DNA from: Gammaproteobacteria bacterium
Lineage (GTDB): Bacteria; Pseudomonadota; Gammaproteobacteria; Eutrophobiales; Eutrophobiaceae
DNA length: 64,000 nucleotides
Direction of reading: 5' to 3'
Assembly (NCBI GenBank): GCA_016193395.1
Contig: JACPSH010000015.1
Location: 37,858-101,857 of the forward strand
The position numbers were made by a program, and so were the translations under genes. Position 1 is the stretch's first letter. Every line of letters starts with the position of its first letter. The notes under the pieces were generated by a model. That model was not told the origin of the DNA. It was given only the letters and a program-made list of their open reading frames with translations, and ran no database searches. Shown here piece by piece: positions 36,460 to 44,424 of the stretch.

Positions 36460-37653
36460 TCATCGTTGCACGGTCGCGCGCACACGCCGATCTTCGGGCA
36501 GGAACCACTGCAGCAGGTCGTTAAGATGGCAGCGCCCAAATTCGGTCGGCTGGACGCGTCCGGCGCCTTGCGCGAGCAAACCCCGATCCGCGGCCTGGCG
36601 CAGTCCCGGAGCCAGCGCTTCCGCATCGAGCCCCGTGCGTGCCGTGAACAGGGCCAACGCAAAGCCCTCCGTCAGTCGGCAGGCGTTCAGCATGAATTCG
36701 ATCACCCGATCCGATGCCGCCAGTTCCTGGCGGCGCACCACCACGGCCGGCGTCCCGGCCAGTTTCATGTAACGCTCGGGCAGGCGATGGCGCGCATGGC
36801 GTGTGATGGTCCCGCGCTCGACGTCGGTCAGCTTGCCGTGCGCGCCCGCGCCGATGCCGAGATAGTCCCCGAATTCCCAGTAATTGATATTGTGCCGGCA
36901 TTCGTGCCCCGGCGCGGCCCAAGCCGACACCTCGTATTGCCTGAAACCCGCGTCGCGGAGTTGCTGCTGCCCGAGCACGCGCATGTCCCAGATTGTATCC
37001 TCGTCCGGCAATCGGGGAGGCGCGCTATAGAAAGCGGTATTCGGCTCGATGGTCAATTCGTACCAGGAGACGTGCGTGGGCCGCAGCGCCACGAGCCGCC
37101 GCAGGTCATCCATGGCCGCAGCCGGGGTCTGAGCGGGCAGGCCATGCATCAGATCCATGTTGATCCGGGTAAAGCCCGCGGCGTGCGCGATAGCCGCGGC
37201 GCGGATCGCCTCGGCCGAGTCATGGATGCGTCCGAGGGATCTGAGGCTGGCGTCATCGAGACTCTGCATGCCGAGCGACAGGCGATTGATGCCAAGACCG
37301 TGGTAGCCGGCAAAGCGCCGTGCTTCGGCAGTCCCCGGGTTGGCCTCGAGCGTGATCTCCGCCCCCGGCGCGACGGCATCGTGGCGGGCGAGAACCTCGA
37401 GCAGGCGCCCGATGGCGCCGGCAGGGAACAGGCTGGGCGTACCGCCGCCGAAGAATATTGTCTGGAACCGCCGCCCGTGCAGTTGCGGAAGCTCCTGCTC
37501 CACATCTCGGATCAACGCGTCCAAATAAGCCCGATCCGGCACGGCGCCCGGACCGATGCCGTGCGAATTGAAATCGCAGTACGGGCATTTGCGCACGCAC
37601 CAGGGCAGGTGCACGTACAGCGAAACCGGCGGCGGTTGCAGACGCGTACTCAC
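36460..37653 (-). CDS. hemW: Radical SAM family heme chaperone HemW (oxygen-independent coproporphyrinogen-III oxidase-like)
   Basis: The N-terminus LYVHLPWCVRKCPYCDFNS carries the CxxxCxxC radical-SAM motif. The length is 397 aa. The rdgB-hemW adjacency is conserved. Confidence 0.85.
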   Translation of the reverse strand: MSTRLQPPPVSLYVHLPWCVRKCPYCDFNSHGIGPGAVPDRAYLDALIRDVEQELPQLHGRRFQTIFFGGGTPSLFPAGAIGRLLEVLARHDAVAPGAEITLEANPGTAEARRFAGYHGLGINRLSLGMQSLDDASLRSLGRIHDSAEAIRAAAIAHAAGFTRINMDLMHGLPAQTPAAAMDDLRRLVALRPTHVSWYELTIEPNTAFYSAPPRLPDEDTIWDMRVLGQQQLRDAGFRQYEVSAWAAPGHECRHNINYWEFGDYLGIGAGAHGKLTDVERGTITRHARHRLPERYMKLAGTPAVVVRRQELAASDRVIEFMLNACRLTEGFALALFTARTGLDAEALAPGLRQAADRGLLAQGAGRVQPTEFGRCHLNDLLQWFLPEDRRVRATVQR

Positions 37654-38279
37654 GCCGTTGCCGCGCTTCGCGGCCGCAACATGGCGGACAGCTCACGCCG
37701 CAGTTCCATCAGGGCCCGGGCTCGATGGCTGATCCGGTTTTTCACTTCGGGGGGCAACTCGGCGGAGGTGCAGCCGTGGGTCGGCACGAAAAAGACCGGG
37801 TCGTAGCCGAAACCGTTCCGGCCCCTCGGTTCCATCACCACGAATCCCTCCCATGTCCCGCGTGCGATCACGGGCGCCGGATCGTCAGCGTCGCTTACAA
37901 AGGCCATGGCGCATTGAAAGCGCGCGGCGGGACGCACGGCGCCGGTGCAGGCTATTCGATACAGCAACAATCTCAGATTGTCCTCGTCGCTGGCGCACTG
38001 CCCCGCGTAACGGGCGGATCGAACGCCGGGCTCCCCGCCGAGCACATCCACTTCCAGCCCGGAGTCGTCGGCGATGGCAGGGAGGCCCGCGTGTTGCGCG
38101 GCGTGGCGCGCTTTGAGCACGGCGTTCGCCGCAAAGCTGTCTTCCGACTCCTCCACCTCCGGGATCGCCAGCTCAGGCAGCGGCACGATGTCCACGTCCA
38201 GCCCGGCCATCATTTCGCGGAATTCCTTCAGTTTCCCTGGATTGCGGCTCGCCAGCACGACACTCCGATGCGAATGCAT
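37650..38279 (-). CDS. rdgB: RdgB/HAM1 family non-canonical purine NTP pyrophosphatase
   Basis: The motifs VVLASRNPGKLKEF and ...AIADDSGLEVDVLGGEPGVRSARYAG... are present, together with the C-terminal ...FGYDPVFF... motif. Confidence 0.85.
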   Translation of the reverse strand: MHSHRSVVLASRNPGKLKEFREMMAGLDVDIVPLPELAIPEVEESEDSFAANAVLKARHAAQHAGLPAIADDSGLEVDVLGGEPGVRSARYAGQCASDEDNLRLLLYRIACTGAVRPAARFQCAMAFVSDADDPAPVIARGTWEGFVVMEPRGRNGFGYDPVFFVPTHGCTSAELPPEVKNRISHRARALMELRRELSAMLRPRSAATA

Positions 38280-38282
38280 GTC

Positions 38283-38999
38283 CTACCCCTGAAGCGCCTG
38301 CTCCTGGATTGCGAACAGCCGCCGGATTCCGGAGTCCGCGAGATCCAGCATCGCTTCAAGCTCGGTGCGGGTGAACGCGCGACCCTCCGCAGTGCCCTGC
38401 ACCTCCACGAATTCCCCGGCACTGTTCATGACCACGTTCATGTCGGTCTGCGCGCCCGCGTCTTCGGCATAGTCCAGGTCGAGGACCGGCTGGCTGCCGA
38501 GGATACCCACGGATACGGAGGCGACCTTGCCGCGCAGGGGATCGCCGGCAATGAGCCCGTTATTCCGGCCGGTCCGGATGGCATCGGCCAGCGCAACGAA
38601 GCCGCCGGTGACGGACGCCGTGCGCGTACCGCCATCGGCCTGGATCACGTCACAGTCGATCAAAATGGAGCGTTCGCCGAGCGCCTGCATGTCCACCACG
38701 GCCCGCAACGAGCGTCCAATCAGGCGCTGGATTTCGTGCGTGCGTCCCCCCTGCCGTTGTTGACTGGCCTCGCGGCGCATGCGTTCCGTGGTCGAGCGCG
38801 GCAGCATGCCGTATTCCGCCGTCACCCAGCCGCGTCCCTGCCCCTTGAGGAACGCCGGCACGGTATTGTCGATCGTGGCGTTGCAGATCACGCGCGTCCT
38901 GCCGAACTCGACGAGCACCGATCCCTCCGCGTGGCAGGTGTAGTTGCGCGTCAACGTGACTTTTCGAAGTTCGTCGTTCGCTCGTCCGTCCGTCCGCAT
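38283..38999 (-). CDS. rph: Ribonuclease PH
   Basis: [20 protein letters not shown]...[18 protein letters not shown]... matches Rph. The ORF was trimmed to the internal Met, giving ~238 aa. Confidence 0.9.
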   Translation of the reverse strand: MRTDGRANDELRKVTLTRNYTCHAEGSVLVEFGRTRVICNATIDNTVPAFLKGQGRGWVTAEYGMLPRSTTERMRREASQQRQGGRTHEIQRLIGRSLRAVVDMQALGERSILIDCDVIQADGGTRTASVTGGFVALADAIRTGRNNGLIAGDPLRGKVASVSVGILGSQPVLDLDYAEDAGAQTDMNVVMNSAGEFVEVQGTAEGRAFTRTELEAMLDLADSGIRRLFAIQEQALQG

Positions 39000-39047
39000 G
39001 ATCTCTTCTCCGTGGCTGCTTGCATTGGGCACGGGAATTATACCGGC

Positions 39048-39160
39048 AGGCGGATCGCCGGGTGCTTGTTCCTCTCAGCCCGTCGGATCGGGCGGTCCGG
39101 CCGGCTTCATCCTGCCCCATCATAGAGGGCGGATCGCCGGGTAGTCGTTCCGCTCATTTT
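39048..39160. repeat. Two ~32-bp direct repeats, GGCGGATCGCCGGGT(g/a)(c/g)T(t/c)GTTCC(t/g)CTCA, 80 bp apart, upstream of rph
   Basis: The copies are at 39048-39080 and 39128-39160. They lie in a 600-bp structured divergent region that also contains the perfect hairpin GCGAATCA-ttcc-TGATTCGC at 39206-39225. Confidence 0.55.
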
Positions 39161-39355
39161 CCGGCCGCTGGGACGTCTTGGCCGGGCTTATTCCGCTTTC
39201 GCTTCGCGAATCATTCCTGATTCGCTCGCGGCTAGCGCAGCGCACTTCACCGTCCTGGCTGCGTGCGCTGCTTAAGCCGCTCCACAAGCCCGGCCAAGCC
39301 GTCTTTACGCGGCCAGACTTCAGCAACGGTACGGCCGGATTCACGTGCAGGAGAT

Positions 39356-39500
39356 AAACGGACGGGTGGCGCCGGGCACTCCCCTGTTCCGCGCGCAAGC
39401 GAGGGGACCGAGCGAGCACGGACAGGGGTGCCCGGTGACAGGACCCGGCCGCCCACCAACGCAAACATGATTCCGGCCGGACCGCCCGTTACGTGGGACT
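39356..39500. repeat. GC-rich palindromic element plus tail module in the rph/yicC divergent region
   Basis: GGACGGGTGGCGCCGGGCACTCCCCTGTTCCGCGCGCAAGCGAGGGGACCGAGCGAGCACGGACAGGGGTGCCCGGTGACAGGACCCGGCCG is followed by the tail CATGATTCCGGCCGGACCGCCCGTTACGTGGGACTC. Confidence 0.8.
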
Positions 39501-39633
39501 CATCGAAACAAATACCCGGCAGGCCGCCGGTGGCAACACTCGCGGCAGTTATTTAGTATGGGGCCGGACCCGTGCTCCGTTTCAGCAGCCCCTGACATGC
39601 AGCCGGGTCGATCGAACACAGAGGAGACCCGGC

Positions 39634-40494
39634 ATGATTGCAAGCATGACGGCGTTTGGCCGGCTCGAACGCAGCGGCGAATGGGGAAGCGCAATATGGG
39701 AAGTCCGCAGCGTCAATCACCGGTACCTGGAGATGGCGATCCGCCTGCCGGAGGATCTGCGCGGCCTGGAGCCCGCGGTCCGCGAACGAATCGCGCGCAG
39801 GATCCAGCGCGGCAAGGTCGACTGCCAGCTGCGTCATGAACGCGATGCCGGCGGGGACGATAGCCTGCACGTCAACGCGGCCCTTGCGAAACGCGTCATC
39901 GCTGCGGCGGAGTCGCTTCCTGTCGCCGGACCCACTACGCTCAACCCGATCGATATCCTCCGCTGGCCCGGCGTACTGCAGAAGACGACCGCGGACGCGG
40001 AGGAGCTTGCGGCGATGCTGCTCGGGTTCCTCGACGAGGCTCTAGCTGCACTGGTGGACACGCGCCGGCGCGAGGGCGCGAAGATTGCGCGCATTCTGGA
40101 GGAACGCTGCGCGGCGATCTCCGCGATCAGCGCCGGGGCGCGGGACCGCCTGCCGGGGCTGATCGACGCCATCCGCGCGCGGTACCAGCAGCGCGCCAGC
40201 GAACTGAAGGTCGAACTGGAACCAGTGCGCCTGGAACAGGAAATCCTGCTGCTCACCCAGAAGATGGACGTGACGGAAGAACTTGACCGCCTCGACGCGC
40301 ATGTGGAGGAGGTTTGCCGCGTCCTGCGGCAGCAGGAGCCGGTGGGACGGCGCCTGGATTTCCTCATGCAGGAGATGAATCGCGAGGCGAATACCTACGG
40401 CGCGAAGGCGGCGAACATGGAATTGAATTATGCATCCGTCGACATCAAGGTGCTGATCGAACAAATGCGGGAGCAGGTGCAGAATGTCGAATAG
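39634..40494 (+). CDS. yicC: YicC/YloC family endoribonuclease
   Basis: MIASMTAFGRLERSGEWGSAIWEVRSVNHRYLEMAIRLPED... is the YicC N-terminal domain. The C-terminal ...ANTYGAKAANMELNYASVDIKVLIEQMREQVQNVE is the conserved YicC C-terminus. It is divergent from rph, as in E. coli. Confidence 0.85.
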   Translation: MIASMTAFGRLERSGEWGSAIWEVRSVNHRYLEMAIRLPEDLRGLEPAVRERIARRIQRGKVDCQLRHERDAGGDDSLHVNAALAKRVIAAAESLPVAGPTTLNPIDILRWPGVLQKTTADAEELAAMLLGFLDEALAALVDTRRREGAKIARILEERCAAISAISAGARDRLPGLIDAIRARYQQRASELKVELEPVRLEQEILLLTQKMDVTEELDRLDAHVEEVCRVLRQQEPVGRRLDFLMQEMNREANTYGAKAANMELNYASVDIKVLIEQMREQVQNVE

Positions 40495-40509
40495 GCGCTC
40501 CCCCTGAGG

Positions 40510-41151
40510 TTGGAGATCGGCGTGCGGCCCGGAATCCTGTTCATCGTCTCCGCCCCTTCTGGCGCGGGCAAGACCACCCTGGTGCACGGCCTGGTCAAAC
40601 GCGACCCGAACGTAGTGCTGTCCATATCGCACACGACGCGCCGCCAGCGCCCAGGGGAAGTCAACGGCGTGCATTACCATTTCATCGACGATGCGGCCTT
40701 TGGGAAGATGGTGGAAAAGCAGGCGTTCCTCGAACATGCGCCCGTCTTTGACCACCAGTACGGCACGTCGAAGCACTGGGTCGAGGCCCGGCTCGCTGAA
40801 GGCCGTGACGTCATCCTGGAAATCGACTGGCAGGGCGCCCGGCAGGTCCGTTCCCGGGGCGCGGACCCGATCTCGATCTTCGTCCTGCCGCCCTCCCTGC
40901 ACATCCTCGAACAGAGGCTGCGGACGCGCGGAGAAGACGACACGGTTGTGGCGCGCAGGATGCGCGACGCCATCAGCGAGATATCCCATTACGCCGAATA
41001 CGATTTCCTGGTGGTCAACGATGCGGTGGACCGGGCCCTGCTCGATCTGGGCCAGATCATGGACGCCGCCCGTCACTGTTACCGGCCGCTGCGGCTGCAC
41101 TTTGACGCCGCCGTCGCCGAACTCTTGCGTGATGCCGGAGACATCCGTTAA
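40510..41151 (+). CDS. gmk: Guanylate kinase
   Basis: ILFIVSAPSGAGKTTL is the P-loop. The motifs ...SISHTTRRQRPGEVNGVHYHF... are characteristic of Gmk. Confidence 0.9.
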   Translation: MEIGVRPGILFIVSAPSGAGKTTLVHGLVKRDPNVVLSISHTTRRQRPGEVNGVHYHFIDDAAFGKMVEKQAFLEHAPVFDHQYGTSKHWVEARLAEGRDVILEIDWQGARQVRSRGADPISIFVLPPSLHILEQRLRTRGEDDTVVARRMRDAISEISHYAEYDFLVVNDAVDRALLDLGQIMDAARHCYRPLRLHFDAAVAELLRDAGDIR

Positions 41152-41232
41152 ACTCGCCGGCCGCCAAACGCCCGGACCGCGTGGCCCCCGTGGCCGCGGC
41201 CGGCAAACCGCAACGCACAAGGTGAACACAGC

Positions 41233-41487
41233 ATGGCCCGTCTGACCGTCGAAGATTGCCTGAAGTACATTCCCAACCGATACGACCTCGTGCTGCTGGC
41301 CAGCAAGCGCGCGCGCCAGCTCGCGCTTGGCGCGGACCCGATGGTCAGTGAAGACGGCGATAAGCCCGGCGTCATCGCCTTGCGCGAGATCGCCGAAGGA
41401 CTGGTCAGGCTCGACAACATCGACTCGATCGCCCGCACGCCGACCGAAGAGGAACTGGCGGAACTGGAGTTCCGCGCCGCCGAGTAG
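41233..41487 (+). CDS. rpoZ: DNA-directed RNA polymerase subunit omega
   Basis: [30 protein letters not shown] matches RpoZ almost along its whole length. Confidence 0.9.
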   Translation: MARLTVEDCLKYIPNRYDLVLLASKRARQLALGADPMVSEDGDKPGVIALREIAEGLVRLDNIDSIARTPTEEELAELEFRAAE

Positions 41488-41579
41488 CACCGCCGCGCCC
41501 GGCCCCGGCGCGTTTCCCCCGATTGCCCGCTTCCCGCCTGCCCCGGCAGGTGCGGCGTGCGTGCGTTAGAATTAGTCTC

Positions 41580-43700
41580 ATGAGCGCGACGATCTCCGAT
41601 CTGGAACGCCAGGTCAGCGCCTACCTTCAGCCGGACGAGGTTGAGAAGGTGTTGCGCGCCTACGATTTCGGCGCCAAGGCCCACGAAGGCCAGCACCGGG
41701 TCAGCGGCGAGCCGTACATCCACCATCCGCTGGAAGTGGCGCAGATCCTGGCGGGCATGCACATGGATCACCAGACCCTGATCGCGGCGATCCTGCACGA
41801 TGTCATCGAAGACACCGAGACTGCGAAGCTCGAGATCCAGCGCAAATTCGGCAAGGGCGTCGCGGACCTCGTCGACGGCGTCAGCAAGCTGACCCAAATC
41901 AAGTTCGACTCGCACGCAGAGGCGCAGGCGCAGAACTTCCGCAAGATGCTCATGGCCATGAGCAACGACATCCGCGTGATCCTGGTCAAGCTCGCGGACC
42001 GCGTGCACAACATGCGTACGCTGCGGGCGCTCCCCTCGGAAAAACGGCGGCGCATCGCCCGCGAGACGCTGGAAATCTACGCGCCCATCGCGCAGCGCCT
42101 CGGGATCAATTCGATCCGGCTCGAGCTCGAGGAGCTCGGCTTCGCCACGCTCTATCCGATGCGCTACCGCGTCCTGTCCGAGGAGGTCAGAAAGGCCCGT
42201 GGGCACCGCAAGGAGATCGTCAACCGCATCCGCACCGCCCTCAAGCGGCGGCTGCGGCAGGATAAGGTGCACGCGCAGGTCATCGGGCGCGAGAAGCACC
42301 TGTACGGCATTTATCAGAAGATGATCAGCAAGCGACTGTCCTTCGCCGAGGTGTACGACGTCTACGCGTTCCGCATCATCGTCGACAACGTCGATACCTG
42401 CTACCGCGCCGTGGGCACGGTGCACAACCTGTACAAGCCCGTGCCCGGCAAGTTCAAGGATTACATCGCCATTCCCAAGTCGAACGGCTACCAGGCGCTG
42501 CATACCGTGCTGTTCGGCCCGTTTGGAGTTCCCATCGAGGTCCAGATCCGCAGCCGCGACATGAACGATGTCGCCGAGGCCGGGATCGCCGCTCACTGGC
42601 TGTACAAGTCGGGAAGCGCCAGTGAGCGCAGCGGCGCTCACAAGCGGGCGCGTGAGTGGCTGCGCAGCATCATGGAAATGCAGACCACCGCCGGCAACCC
42701 GCAGGAATTCCTGGAGAACGTGAAAATCGACCTGTTCCCCGAATCCGTCTACGTCTTCACGCCGAAGGGAAAGATCATCGAGTTGCCGCGCAATGCCACC
42801 GCGGTGGATTTCGCGTATGCAATCCACACGGACGTCGGCAACGGCTGCGTGGGCGCGCGCATCAACCGCCGCCTCGCCCCCTTGGGCACGCGGCTTGCGA
42901 CCGGGCAAACAGTCGAGATCGTGACCGCCCCGGGCGCGCATCCCAATCCGGCGTGGCTGAATTTCGCCGTCACCGCCAAGGCCCGGTCCAACATCCGGCA
43001 CTACCTCAAGCACCTGCAGCAAAGGGAGGCCGCGGCGCTCGGCAAGCGGCTGCTGAACCGCGAGTTGCAGATGCACTCGACGGCCTACGACGAGGTGGAT
43101 CGGGACCAGCTGCGCAGGGTGCTCGAGGAATACCATCTCAAGGGCGAGGAAGAGCTGCTGCAGGACGTGGGGCTCGGGAACCGCATGGCGCCGATCATCG
43201 CGCGGCAGCTCCTCGGGCAATGGACCGCGGTCCCGCATGCGAAACCGAACGGAGGGGACGCACAGCCCCTGCTGATTAAGGGTACCGAAGGGCTCGTGAT
43301 TAACTTTCCGAAATGCTGCCGTCCCATTCCCGGCGATCCGATCCTCGGTTTCATGACCGCCGGCCGTGGCATTGTGGTGCACCACCAGTCCTGCCCGAAC
43401 GTCCGCGAATACCGCAATCATCCGGACAAGTGGGTCAACGTCGAATGGGAATCGGATATCCAGGGCAGCTTCCCGACCAACATCCGCCTAGACGTCACCA
43501 ACCAGCGCGGTGTACTGGCGAAGATCGCCGCCGAGATCGCGGACCAGGAGGCGAACATCGTCAACGTGGAGATGCAGGATCGTGACGACCGGTACACGAC
43601 CCTCAAGTTCACGATCGAGGTCCAGGATAGGCAGCACCTCGCCCGCGTCATGCGCCGCATACGCGGGCTCAAGCACGTCTCGCGGATCTCGCGCAGGTAG
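41580..43700 (+). CDS. spoT: Bifunctional (p)ppGpp synthetase/hydrolase (RelA/SpoT homologue)
   Basis: The HD hydrolase domain (HPLEVAQILAGMHMD, ILHDVIEDT) and the synthetase domain (YQALHTVLFGPFGVPIEVQIRS) are present. The TGS and ACT C-terminal regions are also present. The gmk-rpoZ-spoT order matches E. coli. Confidence 0.9.
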   Translation: MSATISDLERQVSAYLQPDEVEKVLRAYDFGAKAHEGQHRVSGEPYIHHPLEVAQILAGMHMDHQTLIAAILHDVIEDTETAKLEIQRKFGKGVADLVDGVSKLTQIKFDSHAEAQAQNFRKMLMAMSNDIRVILVKLADRVHNMRTLRALPSEKRRRIARETLEIYAPIAQRLGINSIRLELEELGFATLYPMRYRVLSEEVRKARGHRKEIVNRIRTALKRRLRQDKVHAQVIGREKHLYGIYQKMISKRLSFAEVYDVYAFRIIVDNVDTCYRAVGTVHNLYKPVPGKFKDYIAIPKSNGYQALHTVLFGPFGVPIEVQIRSRDMNDVAEAGIAAHWLYKSGSASERSGAHKRAREWLRSIMEMQTTAGNPQEFLENVKIDLFPESVYVFTPKGKIIELPRNATAVDFAYAIHTDVGNGCVGARINRRLAPLGTRLATGQTVEIVTAPGAHPNPAWLNFAVTAKARSNIRHYLKHLQQREAAALGKRLLNRELQMHSTAYDEVDRDQLRRVLEEYHLKGEEELLQDVGLGNRMAPIIARQLLGQWTAVPHAKPNGGDAQPLLIKGTEGLVINFPKCCRPIPGDPILGFMTAGRGIVVHHQSCPNVREYRNHPDKWVNVEWESDIQGSFPTNIRLDVTNQRGVLAKIAAEIADQEANIVNVEMQDRDDRYTTLKFTIEVQDRQHLARVMRRIRGLKHVSRISRR

Positions 43701-43709
43701 TCGCGCCCG

Positions 43710-43983
43710 GCAGACAATTGCTCCTGCGATTTCTGCATTTCCGCCATCCCTGGCGGTCATCCCTGGCGGCCATCCCGGGCGGTCATCCCGGGCGGTCGCA
43801 GAAAATTGCTCCTGCATTTTCTGCATTTCCGCCGTCCCTGGCGGTCATCCCGGGCGGTCATCCCTGGCGGTCATCCCGGGCGGTCGCAGAAAATTGCTCC
43901 TGCATTTTCTGCATTCCCGCCATCCCTGGCGGTCGCAGAAAATTGCTCCTGCATTTTCTGCATTCCCGCCATCCCTGGCGGTC
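43710..43983 (+). repeat. Nested tandem-repeat array: four 36-bp units, each followed by 4, 4, 1 and 1 copies of a 13-bp sub-repeat
   Basis: The 36-mer is GCAGA(A/C)AATTGCTCCTGC(G/A)TTTTCTGCATT(T/C)CCGCC. The 13-mer is ATCCC(T/G)GGCGG(T/C)C. The units start at 43710, 43798, 43886 and 43935. The 36-mer contains a 9-bp-stem hairpin, GCAGAAAAT/ATTTTCTGC. The array fills the gap between the spoT stop (43700) and the ridA core. Confidence 0.9.
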
Positions 43984-44363
43984 GGAAAATCATCTCGACC
44001 GACGCGGCGCCCCACGCGATCGGGACCTACTCGCAGGCGGTCCAGGTCGGCAATACCGTTTACCTCTCCGGGCAGATCCCGCTCGACCCCGCGACCATGC
44101 GACTCGTCACCGGCGATGTGCGCGGCCAGATCGACCAGGTATTCCGGAACCTCGCCGCGTTGGCTGGAGCCGCGGGCGGCAGCCTGGCGGATGTCGTCAA
44201 GCTGAATGTCTACCTCACCGATCTCGAATATTTCCCGCTGGTCAATGAGGTCATGGAGCAATACTTCCGGAAGCCCTATCCGGCACGCGCCGCGGTCGGC
44301 GTCGCCGAATTGCCGAAAGGGGCACTGGTCGAGATCGAAGGCATCCTGATGCTGGAGTCCTGA
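43806..44363 (+). CDS. ridA: RidA (YjgF/TdcF) family reactive-intermediate deaminase. The 5' end and start codon are uncertain because the gene abuts a tandem-repeat array.
   Basis: The conserved core [35 protein letters not shown]...[17 protein letters not shown] starts at ~43986. No ATG, GTG or TTG codon occurs at the expected position. The only in-frame upstream start-like codon (TTG at 43806) lies inside the repeat array. Confidence 0.65.
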   Translation: MLLHFLHFRRPWRSSRAVIPGGHPGRSQKIAPAFSAFPPSLAVAENCSCIFCIPAIPGGRKIISTDAAPHAIGTYSQAVQVGNTVYLSGQIPLDPATMRLVTGDVRGQIDQVFRNLAALAGAAGGSLADVVKLNVYLTDLEYFPLVNEVMEQYFRKPYPARAAVGVAELPKGALVEIEGILMLES

Positions 44364-44424
44364 CGGAGTGACGCGGTCCTGAGCACGGCATTTCTGGTAG
44401 GCGTCCCGCGCCGGGGATAGGCCA

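Noticed and set aside
43710-43983. Possibility that the tandem array is a CRISPR array.
   Set aside because: The sequences between the 36-bp repeats are not unique spacers. They are integer multiples of a 13-bp sub-repeat. No cas genes are nearby, and the array sits inside a housekeeping operon.
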